Origin: an uncultured Bifidobacterium sp.
Lineage (GTDB): Bacteria; Fibrobacterota; Fibrobacteria; UBA11236
DNA length: 44,884 bases
Assembly (NCBI GenBank): GCA_964416695.1
Contig: CAYQFG010000003.1
Coordinates: forward strand, 1 to 44,884
Direction: 5' to 3'
Position numbers and translations under genes: made by a program. The notes below the pieces were generated by a model. The model was not told the origin of the DNA, made no database searches, and was given only the letters and a program-made list of their open reading frames with translations. Positions within the stretch are counted from its first letter, which is position 1. Every line of letters begins with the position of its first letter. This document shows, piece by piece, positions 1-9,276 of this stretch.

Positions 1-637
1 GGCGCGGCCCGATACGGGGCGCAACCTCGCGCCGCGCCGAGGGAGCGATCGCCGTGGGATAGGGCAACTCATCGCCCCACAACGAGTCGATATTGATCCC
101 ATTGTACTCGAGAAGGCGCACGCTCGACGACCACTGCGATTGGGTTGTCTCATTCCCCGTCTCGGCGTGGTACACCGGGCCGATCCCCTCCAGAAAGGCC
201 GTGTGGAGAGCCCCCCCCCCTTGCGATGCAAAGACCCGGGAAGCCGTGATGTAGGCGCGGCTCTCGCCGTCCACGGTCACCTGCTGGGTATCCACAACCT
301 GCGCGTCGTCCGGGATAAAGGGCGCTGCGGCCAAGGCCTTGGCAAGCCAAGGCGCGAAAAGGCCAGAAGTGCAGCTCAGGCATGTACGCCCCATCAGTCC
401 CTCTCGTCGGTGACGCAACGTCAGAGAATCCGAGCCCGGGGGAGCCGGGTAGGAAACCTCCCAACCCGCCGGCGCCTCGGGTTCGGCGGGCACCATGTTG
501 GTGGAGTCGAACCCTGTGATGGCCCAGTTGTCATTGCTCGTGCCGCTGCCCTGCACTTCGAACCGGTATTCCGCCGCGCCGATCGAAGCCGCACAGAAGG
601 CCGCAGCGACCCAAAACCCCTGATTGAAATACGGCAT
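1..637 (-). CDS. hypothetical secreted protein, N-terminal part (gene continues past the left window edge)
   Basis: ATG at 637-635 with GGAGG (complement of 643-647) 5 nt upstream. N-terminus MPYFNQGFWVAAAFCAASIGA looks like a signal peptide. Frame stays open to position 1 with G/C-rich third codon positions. Absent from the ORF track only because no stop lies inside the window. Confidence 0.5.
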   Translation of the reverse strand, partial: MPYFNQGFWVAAAFCAASIGAAEYRFEVQGSGTSNDNWAITGFDSTNMVPAEPEAPAGWEVSYPAPPGSDSLTLRHRREGLMGRTCLSCTSGLFAPWLAKALAAAPFIPDDAQVVDTQQVTVDGESRAYITASRVFASQGGGALHTAFLEGIGPVYHAETGNETTQSQWSSSVRLLEYNGINIDSLWGDELPYPTAIAPSARREVAPRIGPR

Positions 638-921
638 TTCCGCCTCCCTCTTGCTGTCTTGAAGGACACAACCGTTACGTACATAAAACCCGTGATCATG
701 CCGTAAACTTGAGGTCAAAACGAAACGCCCCCGCCAGGGATGGCGACGGCGCGGCATCCCGCCCGGTGGCCCGCCGTCACCCCTCGCCCCGCCCCCGGGA
801 GGTTGCCTCCGGCCGACCCGGCGGGGGGACGGGGCGAGGTCCTAACCCCCTGATTTTTCGTGTTTTCGACAGGGCCGCGGCCCCCCGAACGCCCTCGCCG
901 TTCCTATCTTTACCCTCCCGC

Positions 922-1004
922 GCGAAGGTGGCGAAACTGGTAGACGCGCCAGACTTAGGATCTGGTACCTCGGTGTGTGGGTTCAAGTCCCTCCCTTCGC
1001 ACCA
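922..1004 (+). tRNA. tRNA-Leu, anticodon TAG, CCA encoded
   Basis: Acceptor stem GCGAAGG/CCTTCGC. Anticodon stem CCAGA/TCTGG with loop CTTAGGA. Extra arm and TTCAAGT T-loop, then discriminator A plus CCA. Framework closely resembles enterobacterial tRNA-Leu. One T-T mismatch in the T stem. Confidence 0.9.
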
Positions 1005-1114
1005 ATTGTGACCTCGCGTCCCGGTTGCCCCGCACCGCGCACGGCATACCGAAACGTCCGGCGAGAAAGCGGACAGACATCCGAATCGATGATATCGATC
1101 AGAAAGGCAACATC

Positions 1115-2356
1115 GTGAAAGCAACCTTGAGCCAGCCCACCGCCACCGAGCGCGTCCTCGACATCGAGGTTCCCCGCGAGCGCCTCGACAAGGTGTTCCA
1201 GGACAAGCTGAAGAAGTACAGCAAGACCATCAAGGTGAACGGCTTCCGCCCCGGCGCGGTGCCCAAGAACGTGATCGCGACCCGCTTCAAGGAGCCCATC
1301 GCGGCGGAAGCGCTGGAGACTTTGGTGGACGATGCCGTGCGCGAGGCCTGCAAGGAGCACAACATCGAACCCGTCGCGCCCGGCCGCATCGAGAAGATCG
1401 ACAACGAGGACGGCAAGCCGGTGGTGTTCCAGGCCGTGCTGGAAGTCGACCCGGAAGTGGTTCTGGGCGACTACAAGTTCGAAATCCCCGTCAACCCCGC
1501 GCCCGTGAGCGAGGAGACGGTGACCGAGCGCATCGAGGACATCCGCCGCCAGCTGGCCGCGGAAGCCCCGGTGGAGCGCGCCGCCGCCAAGGGCGACGTG
1601 GTGATGGCCCGCTACCTCCGCATCGAGATGGACGGCCAGGAGCAGCCGCTGCCGCAGTACCCGGTGTTCCGGGTGGAGCTGGGCAAGGGCAGCGTGGCGG
1701 CGCTGGACGCGGCGCTGGAAGGCTCGAAGGCCGGTGAGAACAAGGATGTGTCCTTCACCTACCCCGCCGACTTCGCCAACCCGATGATGGCCGGCAAGCC
1801 TGCGGCCTACAGCCTTGCCATCGAGCAGGTGCTGGAAGTGAAGCTTCCGGAGCTGAACGACGAATTCGCCAAGAACATCGGTTACGAAACCGTGGCCGAA
1901 ATGACCGAAAAGCTCAAGGAGCGCCTGGCGGAAGCCAACCTGCGCCATGCGCGCGAAACCGCCTGGAACGAGGGCATCGAGCGTCTGCTGCAGAACCATC
2001 CGCTGGAGATCCCCAAGGCGCGTATCCGCAACTACGTGGAGAACCGTCTGCGCGAGCAGGGCCACACGCATGAGCACGACGATCACGGCCACGATCACTC
2101 CGACCTCGAAGCCGAGGCCGAGAACCAGATCCGCCGCTGGCGCCTGATCGACGCCATCGCCTCCAAGGAAAACGTGAAGCCCGACCAGGAAGCGGTCGAC
2201 GCGCGCATCCGCGAACTGGCGATGCGCTACGGCACCGACTTCGAGAGCCTGAAGGCGAGCCTGCGCCAGAGCGGCAAGATCCTCGACGTCCGCGAAGAGG
2301 TGAAGGCCGAGAAGACGCTGGATCTGGTCATCGGCTACAAGGGCCCCGCCGCGTAA
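1115..2356 (+). CDS. tig: trigger factor (ribosome-associated chaperone / PPIase)
   Basis: Translation KATLSQPTATERVLDIEVPRERLDKVFQ... is collinear with trigger factor. GTG at 1115 follows AGAAAGG. The longer ORF from 977 would overlap the tRNA. Conserved tig-clpP-clpX order. Confidence 0.9.
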   Translation: MKATLSQPTATERVLDIEVPRERLDKVFQDKLKKYSKTIKVNGFRPGAVPKNVIATRFKEPIAAEALETLVDDAVREACKEHNIEPVAPGRIEKIDNEDGKPVVFQAVLEVDPEVVLGDYKFEIPVNPAPVSEETVTERIEDIRRQLAAEAPVERAAAKGDVVMARYLRIEMDGQEQPLPQYPVFRVELGKGSVAALDAALEGSKAGENKDVSFTYPADFANPMMAGKPAAYSLAIEQVLEVKLPELNDEFAKNIGYETVAEMTEKLKERLAEANLRHARETAWNEGIERLLQNHPLEIPKARIRNYVENRLREQGHTHEHDDHGHDHSDLEAEAENQIRRWRLIDAIASKENVKPDQEAVDARIRELAMRYGTDFESLKASLRQSGKILDVREEVKAEKTLDLVIGYKGPAA

Positions 2357-2628
2357 GCGGGTGCGCGCCCCTGGAAGGCGTGGGGGCATGGCGTCGCGAG
2401 ACGACGTCCCCCCCGGCGCCGCTGGTGGCCACAGTCGCGGTGCCCGGTTTCCCCGACGGCAGGAATCTTGCTTCTCTCCTCGTCGGGAAGAAAATCCCGC
2501 CGAAGACCCCGGTCACCGGCCGAATGTGAAACGGGCGTCGCGAAAACGAACGTTCGCGTCGTCCGAAAACCGGCTCCGGCTCGGGTGCGATTTCCCCCCT
2601 CCGTCTACCGTCCACCGTCCCGTCATCG

Positions 2629-2634
2629 TATAAT
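2629..2634 (+). promoter_or_regulatory. candidate -10 hexamer upstream of clpP
   Basis: Perfect TATAAT 27 nt upstream of the clpP ATG in an otherwise GC-rich spacer. No convincing -35 seen. Confidence 0.25.
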
Positions 2635-2660
2635 TAAGGGACAACCACAAAGGCCTGAAC

Positions 2661-3266
2661 ATGCTAGTCCCTACCGTCATTGAAACCACCGGACGCTCCG
2701 AGCGCGTTTACGACATCTACTCCCGCCTGCTCAAGGAACGGATCATCTTCCTGGGCACGGAGATCAACGACGTTGTGGCCAACACCGTGGTGGCCCAGAT
2801 GCTGTTCCTCGAATACGAGGATCCGGACAAGGACATCCTGCTTTACATCAACTCGCCCGGCGGCTCCGTGACCGCGGGTCTCGCGATTTACGACGTGATG
2901 AAGTACGTGAAGCCCGACGTGCAGACCATCTGCGTGGGCTCCGCCTTCAGCATGGGTGCCCTGCTTCTGGCCGCGGGCACCAAGGGCAAGCGGTTCATCC
3001 TGCCCCACGGGAAGGTGATGCTGCATCAGCCCAGCGGCGGCGCGGGCGGCCAGTCGAGCGACATCCAGATCCATGCCCGCGAAATCGTGAAGACCAAGCG
3101 CGAGCTGAACGACATTCTCGCTGAAGCCACCGGGAAGCCCTGGGATCAGATCGAAAAGGATACCGACCGCGACCTGTACATGAGCGCGAGCGAAGCCGTG
3201 GCCTACGGCGTCGTGGATGAAGTGTTCAATCCGGGCAACCGCAAGAAGCCGGGCGCGGGCGTATGA
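2661..3266 (+). CDS. clpP: ATP-dependent Clp protease proteolytic subunit
   Basis: [32 protein letters not shown]... with catalytic Ser (GSAFSMGA), His (MLHQPSGG) and Asp (TDRDLYMSA) contexts. Confidence 0.95.
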   Translation: MLVPTVIETTGRSERVYDIYSRLLKERIIFLGTEINDVVANTVVAQMLFLEYEDPDKDILLYINSPGGSVTAGLAIYDVMKYVKPDVQTICVGSAFSMGALLLAAGTKGKRFILPHGKVMLHQPSGGAGGQSSDIQIHAREIVKTKRELNDILAEATGKPWDQIEKDTDRDLYMSASEAVAYGVVDEVFNPGNRKKPGAGV

Positions 3267-4570
3267 ACCGTCCCGTCGGCACTTCGGGAGCATCGGGGCC
3301 TCCGGGTTCCGCAGGCGCCACGCCCCCCCGCTGCTCTTTCTGCGGGAAGGACGCGAGCCAGGTTCGCAAGCTGATCACCGGCCCTGCCGTGCACATCTGC
3401 GACGAATGCGTCGGCATGTGCAATGAGATTCTGGCGGAGGACGGCAAGCGCCGCGCCGCGGCCACCGGTGCGGCGCAGCCTGGGACCATCGCCCCCCTCC
3501 CCGTTCCGTCCGAAATCAAGGAGCACCTTGATGCGCACGTGATCGGACAGGATCGCGCCAAAATCTCGCTGGCGGTGGCGGTGTACAACCACTACAAGCG
3601 GATCTCGCAGCCGAAGGATCCCGACGGCGTCGAAATCGACAAGTCGAACGTGCTCTTCCTGGGTCCCACGGGCTCTGGAAAGACCCTGCTGGCGCAAACC
3701 ATCGCCAAATACCTGAACGTGCCCTTCACCATCGTGGACGCCACCATCCTCACCGAGGCCGGCTACGTGGGTGAAGACGTGGAAAACATCATCGTGCGCC
3801 TGCTGCAGGCCGCCGATTACGACGTCGATGCGGCCCAACGCGGCATCGTGTACGTCGACGAGGTGGACAAGATCTCCCGCAAAAGCGCGAATCCGTCCAT
3901 CACGCGCGACGTGTCGGGCGAAGGCGTGCAACAGGGCCTGCTCAAGCTGCTCGAAGGCACGGTTGCGGCCATCCCTCCCAAGGGTGGACGCAAACACCCC
4001 GAGCAGAACCTCATCCACGTCAACACGCGCAACATCCTCTTCATCTGCGGCGGAGCCTTCGAAGGTCTGGACAAGATCGTCGAGCGGAGGACGCGCGAAA
4101 GCGGGATCGGCTTCACCGCCACCATCCATTCGAAGAAGGACCGCAACCTCGGAGACATCCTCGCGATGGCGGAGCCGGACGACCTCGTGCAGTTCGGGCT
4201 CATCCCCGAACTGGTCGGACGCCTGCCCGTGATGACGGTGCTGGACGAACTCAAGCCGGATGCGATGCTCAAGGTTCTGACGGAGCCGCGCAACGCCATC
4301 GTGAAACAGTACCAGAAGCTGTTCGCGATGGACGACATCCAGTTGTCCTTCCAGCCGGAAGCCCTGGAGGCCGTGGTGGCGCTGGCGATGAAACGCAAGA
4401 CCGGGGCCCGCGGGCTGCGGGCCGCCATGGAATACGTGCTGCAACCGTACATGTACGCGCTGCCCTCACGCGGAGACGTGGCGGAATGCCTCATCACGCG
4501 GGACGTGGTGGAGCAGAAGGGTGAACCGCTTCTGGTGCTGCGCAAGAAGTCCCGTAAACAAACCGCCTGA
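3263..4570 (+). CDS. clpX: ATP-dependent Clp protease ATP-binding subunit ClpX
   Basis: N-terminal zinc ribbon CSFCGK...HICDECV. Walker A GPTGSGKT, Walker [13 protein letters not shown] overlaps the clpP stop (ATGA). Confidence 0.95.
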   Translation: MNRPVGTSGASGPPGSAGATPPRCSFCGKDASQVRKLITGPAVHICDECVGMCNEILAEDGKRRAAATGAAQPGTIAPLPVPSEIKEHLDAHVIGQDRAKISLAVAVYNHYKRISQPKDPDGVEIDKSNVLFLGPTGSGKTLLAQTIAKYLNVPFTIVDATILTEAGYVGEDVENIIVRLLQAADYDVDAAQRGIVYVDEVDKISRKSANPSITRDVSGEGVQQGLLKLLEGTVAAIPPKGGRKHPEQNLIHVNTRNILFICGGAFEGLDKIVERRTRESGIGFTATIHSKKDRNLGDILAMAEPDDLVQFGLIPELVGRLPVMTVLDELKPDAMLKVLTEPRNAIVKQYQKLFAMDDIQLSFQPEALEAVVALAMKRKTGARGLRAAMEYVLQPYMYALPSRGDVAECLITRDVVEQKGEPLLVLRKKSRKQTA

Positions 4571-4599
4571 GCACGCCATCATAAACCGGCCGGAAACGA

Positions 4600-5796
4600 A
4601 TGCTGTCCGCAAAGCCGCTCCCGCAATCCTGGACGTTCTGGCCCGTCCCCGACCCCGACGTATTCGGGGACAAGGTTTACTCGTGGAAATTCATATTCGC
4701 CATCAACCTCCCCATGGTGGTGGCGTTTTATGCCCTGCTCATTTTCACCCCCCTGCGCGAATGGACGGGTGCGGACCCTTTCATTTTCGCCGCCGGATGC
4801 GCGATCCAGCTGGGCGCCTTTGCAGGCGTCCTGGTGTACGGACACCGCCGCATCCATCCGGGCATCCGCGAACTCATCACCTACAGCGGCAACCTGGCCG
4901 CCACCATTTCGCTCCCCCTGTCGACGGATCAGCCCTTGCTCGTCATCTGGGTGCTGTATCTCCTCATCGTCTTTTTCGAAGCGTTCGGAAACCCCAAGGC
5001 GCTCACCGCCTTCTGCCTGACGCTGGTTGCGCCGTGGGCCAGCCTCCTCAGTCACATGGACGGCCCCCAGGCGCGGGACAAGGTGCTGGTCGCAGCCCTC
5101 ATGACCGGCATCGGCGGGGTCGTTTACCTGATGGTGGCGTATGTCGCGGGCTGGACCCGCGAGGGGGCGGTCGCCAAGGCCCAACGTGCCAGGGAAACGG
5201 GCGTCCTCGAAGAACGCCAGCGCCTGCAGCACCGCCTGGACGGAACCCTCGGAGCGGCGCTGGCGGAAATCGCCCTGTGGCATGAGGTCGCGCTGGCGAG
5301 CGATGTGCAGGGCGCGCAATCCACCCCGCTGGCGCGGGCCCGCACCAAGGCGCGCGAGGCGATCACGGAGCTGCGGGCACTCGCCGCCGACATCGACTCG
5401 CAACCCGCGAACATGGCCGGACTGGCCGGAGAGATTCAGCGGCGCGCCGGCAACCTGTGCCGCGAAGCCGGCGTCGCCTTCGAATTCCAGATCGGCATGC
5501 TGGGACGGCTCAGCCTGGCGGACGCCTACAATACGGCCATGATCGCGATCGAAGCCGTGGAGAACGCCGTCGCGCACGCGAAAGCCAGCCGCATCACCGT
5601 GATCCTGTCCGGAGCGCCCCTGGGCGTCACCGTGGAGGACGACGGCCAGGGGTTCGACCCGGCACAGACCGCCCAGGGGCGCGGGCTGCGGAACCTGGCC
5701 GCGCTCGCGGCCGCCCTGAATGCGCCCCTGGAAATCACCAGCGCGCCGGGTCAGGGCACCCGCATCCGGGTGTTCACCACGCCCCCTCATTCCTGA
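4600..5796 (+). CDS. membrane sensor kinase paralog 1 (HisKA_3-like helix plus HATPase_c) with Asp at the phospho-acceptor position
   Basis: About 190 aa of hydrophobic N-terminal segments. H-box-like EERQRLQHRLDGTLGAAL. N box ENAVAHA, G1 DDGQGF, G2 GRGLRNL. Paralogous to the next gene. Confidence 0.85.
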   Translation: MLSAKPLPQSWTFWPVPDPDVFGDKVYSWKFIFAINLPMVVAFYALLIFTPLREWTGADPFIFAAGCAIQLGAFAGVLVYGHRRIHPGIRELITYSGNLAATISLPLSTDQPLLVIWVLYLLIVFFEAFGNPKALTAFCLTLVAPWASLLSHMDGPQARDKVLVAALMTGIGGVVYLMVAYVAGWTREGAVAKAQRARETGVLEERQRLQHRLDGTLGAALAEIALWHEVALASDVQGAQSTPLARARTKAREAITELRALAADIDSQPANMAGLAGEIQRRAGNLCREAGVAFEFQIGMLGRLSLADAYNTAMIAIEAVENAVAHAKASRITVILSGAPLGVTVEDDGQGFDPAQTAQGRGLRNLAALAAALNAPLEITSAPGQGTRIRVFTTPPHS

Positions 5797-5929
5797 TCCG
5801 GGCCGGCCGCTCCCGGCCTGACGCCCCCGGAGACCGGGATCCCGCTCCCGAGCCGCCCACGGGCGTGTAACTTTTACACCGCATGACATTCCCTTCAACC
5901 CGTGCGCAACCCCTGACTCCGGACGTGCC

Positions 5930-7132
5930 ATGACCCACGCCCCCGGTTCATCCTGGACCTTTTGGCCCAACCCCGACCCCCACATGTTTGGAGATGCCAG
6001 CTACGACTGGGCTTTCCTGCTGAAGGTCGACCTGCCCAGCGTGCTGGGCCTGCTCATCCTGTTCTCCCTGCCGCCGATCCAGGCCTGGACGGGCTGTGAC
6101 GTCCGCATTCTCGCCGTCGCGTTTTTCTCCCAGTTCTTCTACGGCGCGGCCATCAACCTTTACGGGATCGAACGCGTGCACCCCGGTGCCCGTGAATTCG
6201 GGTCTCACCTCATCAACGTGATCGCCGTCGTCGCGATTCCACTGTCCTCCGAAAAGGCCCTGTTCGCACTCTGGATCCTTTACCCGCTGATCGTCTGGAT
6301 GGATGGTTACGCCAGCCCCAAATCGGTGTCGTCGCTGCTCACCTCCGTGGCCATCCCCTGGCTTGACCCGCTGTGGCACATGCACGGCCCCGCATTCCAG
6401 TCGAAATTGTTGCTCGCCGGGCTCAGCGTGGGCATCGGCATCGTGATCTATCTGGTGTCCTCGTACTTCGCCGTGTGGGCGCGGGCAGGAGCGCGCCATA
6501 CCGCTGCCGCGGAACGGGAGCAGGCCTTGCAGGCGGAGCGCGAGCGGATCGGACAAAGCCTCCACGGCACACTGGGCGCGGCATTGTCCGAGATTTCCCT
6601 ATGGCACGAGATCGCGCTCGCGAAGGGCGCGACGCCGGATACGGATCCCCTGTCGCGCGCCCAGGCACGCGCCCGTTCCGCGCTCACCGAGCTGCGCGCG
6701 CTGGTGGCGGGGCTCGACGGCGACGACGTCTCCGCCACCACGCTCTGTGCGGGGATCCGCCGTCAGATCGAAGGCCTGTGCGATGCCGCCGGCATGCGCC
6801 TCGCCTTCACCGCTCCGGAGACCGGCACACAAGACATGGCCTCCGCCTATCACATCGCGAAGGTCGTCGTCGAGGGCGTGACCAACGCCGTCAAACATTC
6901 CGGTGCCACCTCCGTACACGTCGCGTTGACATGGTCACCGCTCTCCATCTCGATCCGCGACGACGGAAAAGGATTCGACGTGGACGAGGCCACCCACGGC
7001 CGCGGCCTGCGCAGCCTGCACGAACACGCGCACGCCCTGACGGGCTCACTCCGCATCGACTCCCGTCCCGGCCACGGTGCCACCGTCCTGTTCTCACGCC
7101 CCGCACCATCCCCCACAAAGGTTTCCGCATGA
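5930..7132 (+). CDS. membrane sensor histidine kinase paralog 2 (HisKA_3 / HATPase_c, NarX-DesK-LiaS type)
   Basis: Same N-terminal motif SWTFWPNPDPHMFGD. H box ERERIGQSLHGTLGAAL. N box TNAVKHS, DDGKGF, GRGLRSL. Stop overlaps the response regulator start. Confidence 0.87.
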   Translation: MTHAPGSSWTFWPNPDPHMFGDASYDWAFLLKVDLPSVLGLLILFSLPPIQAWTGCDVRILAVAFFSQFFYGAAINLYGIERVHPGAREFGSHLINVIAVVAIPLSSEKALFALWILYPLIVWMDGYASPKSVSSLLTSVAIPWLDPLWHMHGPAFQSKLLLAGLSVGIGIVIYLVSSYFAVWARAGARHTAAAEREQALQAERERIGQSLHGTLGAALSEISLWHEIALAKGATPDTDPLSRAQARARSALTELRALVAGLDGDDVSATTLCAGIRRQIEGLCDAAGMRLAFTAPETGTQDMASAYHIAKVVVEGVTNAVKHSGATSVHVALTWSPLSISIRDDGKGFDVDEATHGRGLRSLHEHAHALTGSLRIDSRPGHGATVLFSRPAPSPTKVSA

Positions 7133-7767
7133 AAATCCTGCTGATTGAGGACGACGCCGGCTTGCGGTTCGCGCTCGAATCCGCCCTGCGCGCCTGCGGC
7201 CACACCATAACCGCCTCCTTCGGCGACGGCGAATCCGCGCTGGAAGGCCTGGAACAAATCGACGAAGGGTTTCACGCCGCCATCGTGGACATGCGGTTGC
7301 CCGGCATGGACGGCCCCACCGTGATCCGCCAGCTGCGCACACGCGTGCCCGACCTTCCCGTCCTCGTCCTCACCGTGTTCGAGGACCCCGCCATCATCAT
7401 CGCGGCCATCGAAGCAGGAGCCTCCGGTTATTTGCTCAAGGGCTCGCGCCTCACGGAAATCTGTCGCGCGGTGGAACAAATCACCGAAGGTCTCTCTCCC
7501 CTCTCCGAACGCGTCGCGCGCCACCTCCTCGATCACCTGCGCCCCAAACGCCCCGCCACGCCCTCGCGCCTCGAACTGCTGACGGAACGCGAACGCCAGG
7601 TGCTCGACCGCCTCGCCCGCGGCGAAAGTTACGGCGACATCGCCCGGGCCCTCGACATCGGCCTGGGCACGGTGCAAACCTACGTGAAGCGCGTCTACAG
7701 CAAGCTGGAAGTCAGCTCCAAGGCCGAAGCGGCCTGGGTGATGCGCGCGGAACGCACCGACTCCTGA
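7129..7767 (+). CDS. response regulator, receiver plus LuxR/NarL-type HTH
   Basis: MKILLIEDDAG..., phospho-Asp context AIVDMRLPGMDG, conserved T and K (VLVLTVF, YLLKG). C-terminal LTERERQVL...GDIARAL...TVQTYVKRVYSKLEV. ATGA overlap with the kinase. Confidence 0.92.
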   Translation: MKILLIEDDAGLRFALESALRACGHTITASFGDGESALEGLEQIDEGFHAAIVDMRLPGMDGPTVIRQLRTRVPDLPVLVLTVFEDPAIIIAAIEAGASGYLLKGSRLTEICRAVEQITEGLSPLSERVARHLLDHLRPKRPATPSRLELLTERERQVLDRLARGESYGDIARALDIGLGTVQTYVKRVYSKLEVSSKAEAAWVMRAERTDS

Positions 7768-7801
7768 CCCGTCCCCAAGAAGGTTTAGATTTGGAGGTGT
7801 C

Positions 7802-8524
7802 ATGATGCAAACCTCCCGGACTGCGGCGGCGGCGCCCCGCACCTCCGCAGCGAAGCCTTCCCCTCAGCGTACGCCGCACACGCCGCAGATGCCGGGCGTG
7901 CCGGGTGCCCGTCCTCCGGGCGTGCCGGCCTTCGCACCCGGCAGCGGGGACGCCGCGTCCGCGGATGTCGGTGTGGTGCTCGGCCTCGCCCTGACCACCA
8001 CCCGTGGACGGCTCACCGCCACCGCCGCCACCGTGGAATGCCTCCCCCTGGCGGGGCGGGGGAAACTCATCCTCACCGGCAACCTCATCGGCTCGGCGCG
8101 GGACGCCGCGCAACTCGCCGTCAGTCTCGCGCGCGCCCGCGCGGAAAAACTGGGAATCGACCCCACGGCCTTCCTCCGCACCGACTTTCATTTTCACGTG
8201 ATGGACCCGCTTCCCCCCAAGGGCGGCCCGTCCATCGGCCTGCCGATGTTCGTCGCCCTGGTGTCGGCGCTCACGCGCACGGCGGTGGACCCTCGTTCCG
8301 CCTTCACCGGGGAGCTCTCGCTCACGGGGCGCGTGCTGGCCGTGGAAGGTCTGGCCCACAAGGCCCGCGCGGCGGCGCGCGCGGGGGTGACCCTCCTGTA
8401 CGCACCGTCCGAAAACGTGGACGAACTCAGGGGGAAGACGGGAAAGCGGCTGCCGCCGGGAGTGCAGCTCGTGGCCACGCCTTCGATCGACAGGCTCACG
8501 CCCATCTTGTACGGAATACCATGA
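7802..8524 (+). CDS. stand-alone Lon protease C-terminal (S16) proteolytic domain protein, no AAA+ module
   Basis: GGAGG 6 nt upstream of the ATG. Residues about 60-235 are collinear with the Lon P domain (GKLILTGNLG..., PPKGGPSIGLPMF, TGELSLTGRVLAVEGLAHKARAAARAGV). Ser and Lys are 43 residues apart, as in E. coli Lon S679/K722. The first ~55 aa are Pro/Ala-rich low complexity. Confidence 0.75.
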   Translation: MMQTSRTAAAAPRTSAAKPSPQRTPHTPQMPGVPGARPPGVPAFAPGSGDAASADVGVVLGLALTTTRGRLTATAATVECLPLAGRGKLILTGNLIGSARDAAQLAVSLARARAEKLGIDPTAFLRTDFHFHVMDPLPPKGGPSIGLPMFVALVSALTRTAVDPRSAFTGELSLTGRVLAVEGLAHKARAAARAGVTLLYAPSENVDELRGKTGKRLPPGVQLVATPSIDRLTPILYGIP

Positions 8525-9249
8525 AAAGCTCCTCCACGCTCTCGCAGAACCATGCCGACATCCTCGCCCGCATCACCGCCGCCTGCGTCCGCGCGGGTCG
8601 CGATCCCCGCGACGTCGAGCTCATCTGGGTCAGCAAAACCCACCCGGTGGAAACCCTGCTCGCGGCCCACGATGCCGGTGCGCGGCATTTCGGCGAGAAC
8701 CGTGTCCAGGAGGTCCTCACCAAGTTCCCCCTTCCGCCGCGCACGGATGCGTCCGGACACACGGTCTCGCGGGACTATGAACTTCACCTCATCGGCAGCC
8801 TGCAACGGAACAAGGTGCGCAAGGTGCTGCCGCTGTGCGGCACCATCCATTCGGTGGATACGCCCGAACTGTGGGAAACCATCAACCGCATCGCGGGGGA
8901 GCTTGGTGTGCGTCGACGGGTTCTGATCCAGGTCAACACCTCGCGCGAGCCCAACAAGGGCGGCGTCGGGCCCGATGCCTTGATGGACTTCATCGCCGCC
9001 CTGCCGGCCGCGCCGCATGTCGACCTCATCGGGTTGATGACCATGGGACCGCTGGAGGGCGGGCCCGAGGCGGCGCGGCCCTGTTTCCGCGAGCTGGCCT
9101 CCTTGCTCGCGAAGGCCCGGACGCGCTTCGCGGATCGCCATCCGCAGCTGGCAAGGCTTTCGATGGGGATGTCCGGCGATTTCGAAATCGCGGTGGAAGA
9201 GGGCGCGCACTGCGTGCGCGTCGGGACGGCGCTGTTCGGCGGGCGGTGA
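8521..9249 (+). CDS. yggS: YggS/YlmE-family pyridoxal-phosphate homeostasis protein
   Basis: ...VELIWVSKTHPVETLLAAHDAGARHFGENRVQE...LHLIGSLQRNKV...SMGMSGDFEIAVEEGAHCVRVGTALFG matches the family fingerprint. ATGA overlap with the preceding gene. The ORF-track start at 8038 is an out-of-context extension. Confidence 0.87.
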   Translation: MKSSSTLSQNHADILARITAACVRAGRDPRDVELIWVSKTHPVETLLAAHDAGARHFGENRVQEVLTKFPLPPRTDASGHTVSRDYELHLIGSLQRNKVRKVLPLCGTIHSVDTPELWETINRIAGELGVRRRVLIQVNTSREPNKGGVGPDALMDFIAALPAAPHVDLIGLMTMGPLEGGPEAARPCFRELASLLAKARTRFADRHPQLARLSMGMSGDFEIAVEEGAHCVRVGTALFGGR

Positions 9250-9276
9250 GAGGCAACCCGGCCGCACGCCGGAGGC

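Noticed and set aside
201-230. Possible frameshift or pseudogene at the C10 tract
   Set aside because: My first by-eye translation suggested a frame change. Recounting by coordinates (ATG 637, CAA 223-221, then GGG GGG GGG GCT) shows the good downstream frame is the same frame, so there is no frameshift in this assembly.
640-1114. Integrated element next to tRNA-Leu
   Set aside because: No integrase or recombinase ORF and no repeat of the tRNA 3' end are visible in the window. The tRNA is directly followed by the conserved tig-clpP-clpX cluster.
977-1114. Upstream extensions of real genes in the ORF track: tig from 977, response regulator from 6373, yggS from 8038, divIVA from 9910, aspartate kinase from 26347, HAD from 44870
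   Set aside because: The extensions overlap the tRNA or the preceding genes and are Arg/Pro-rich with no homology-like sequence. In-frame starts with ribosome-binding sites, or ATGA coupling at the family-typical N-termini, are preferred.
983-2389. 468-aa ORF antisense to tig. Similar long shadow ORFs include 3203-4444(-), 4579-5985(-), 12682-13971(+), 13962-15329(+), 15414-16850(+), 16198-17661(-), 23227-25308(+), 29681-30802(+), 32713-33918(-) and 41887-42984(-).
   Set aside because: Their translations are Arg/Gly/Ala/His-rich low-complexity strings with no motifs. Each fully overlaps a gene with unmistakable family signatures. Long open antisense or off-frame ORFs are expected in high-GC DNA.
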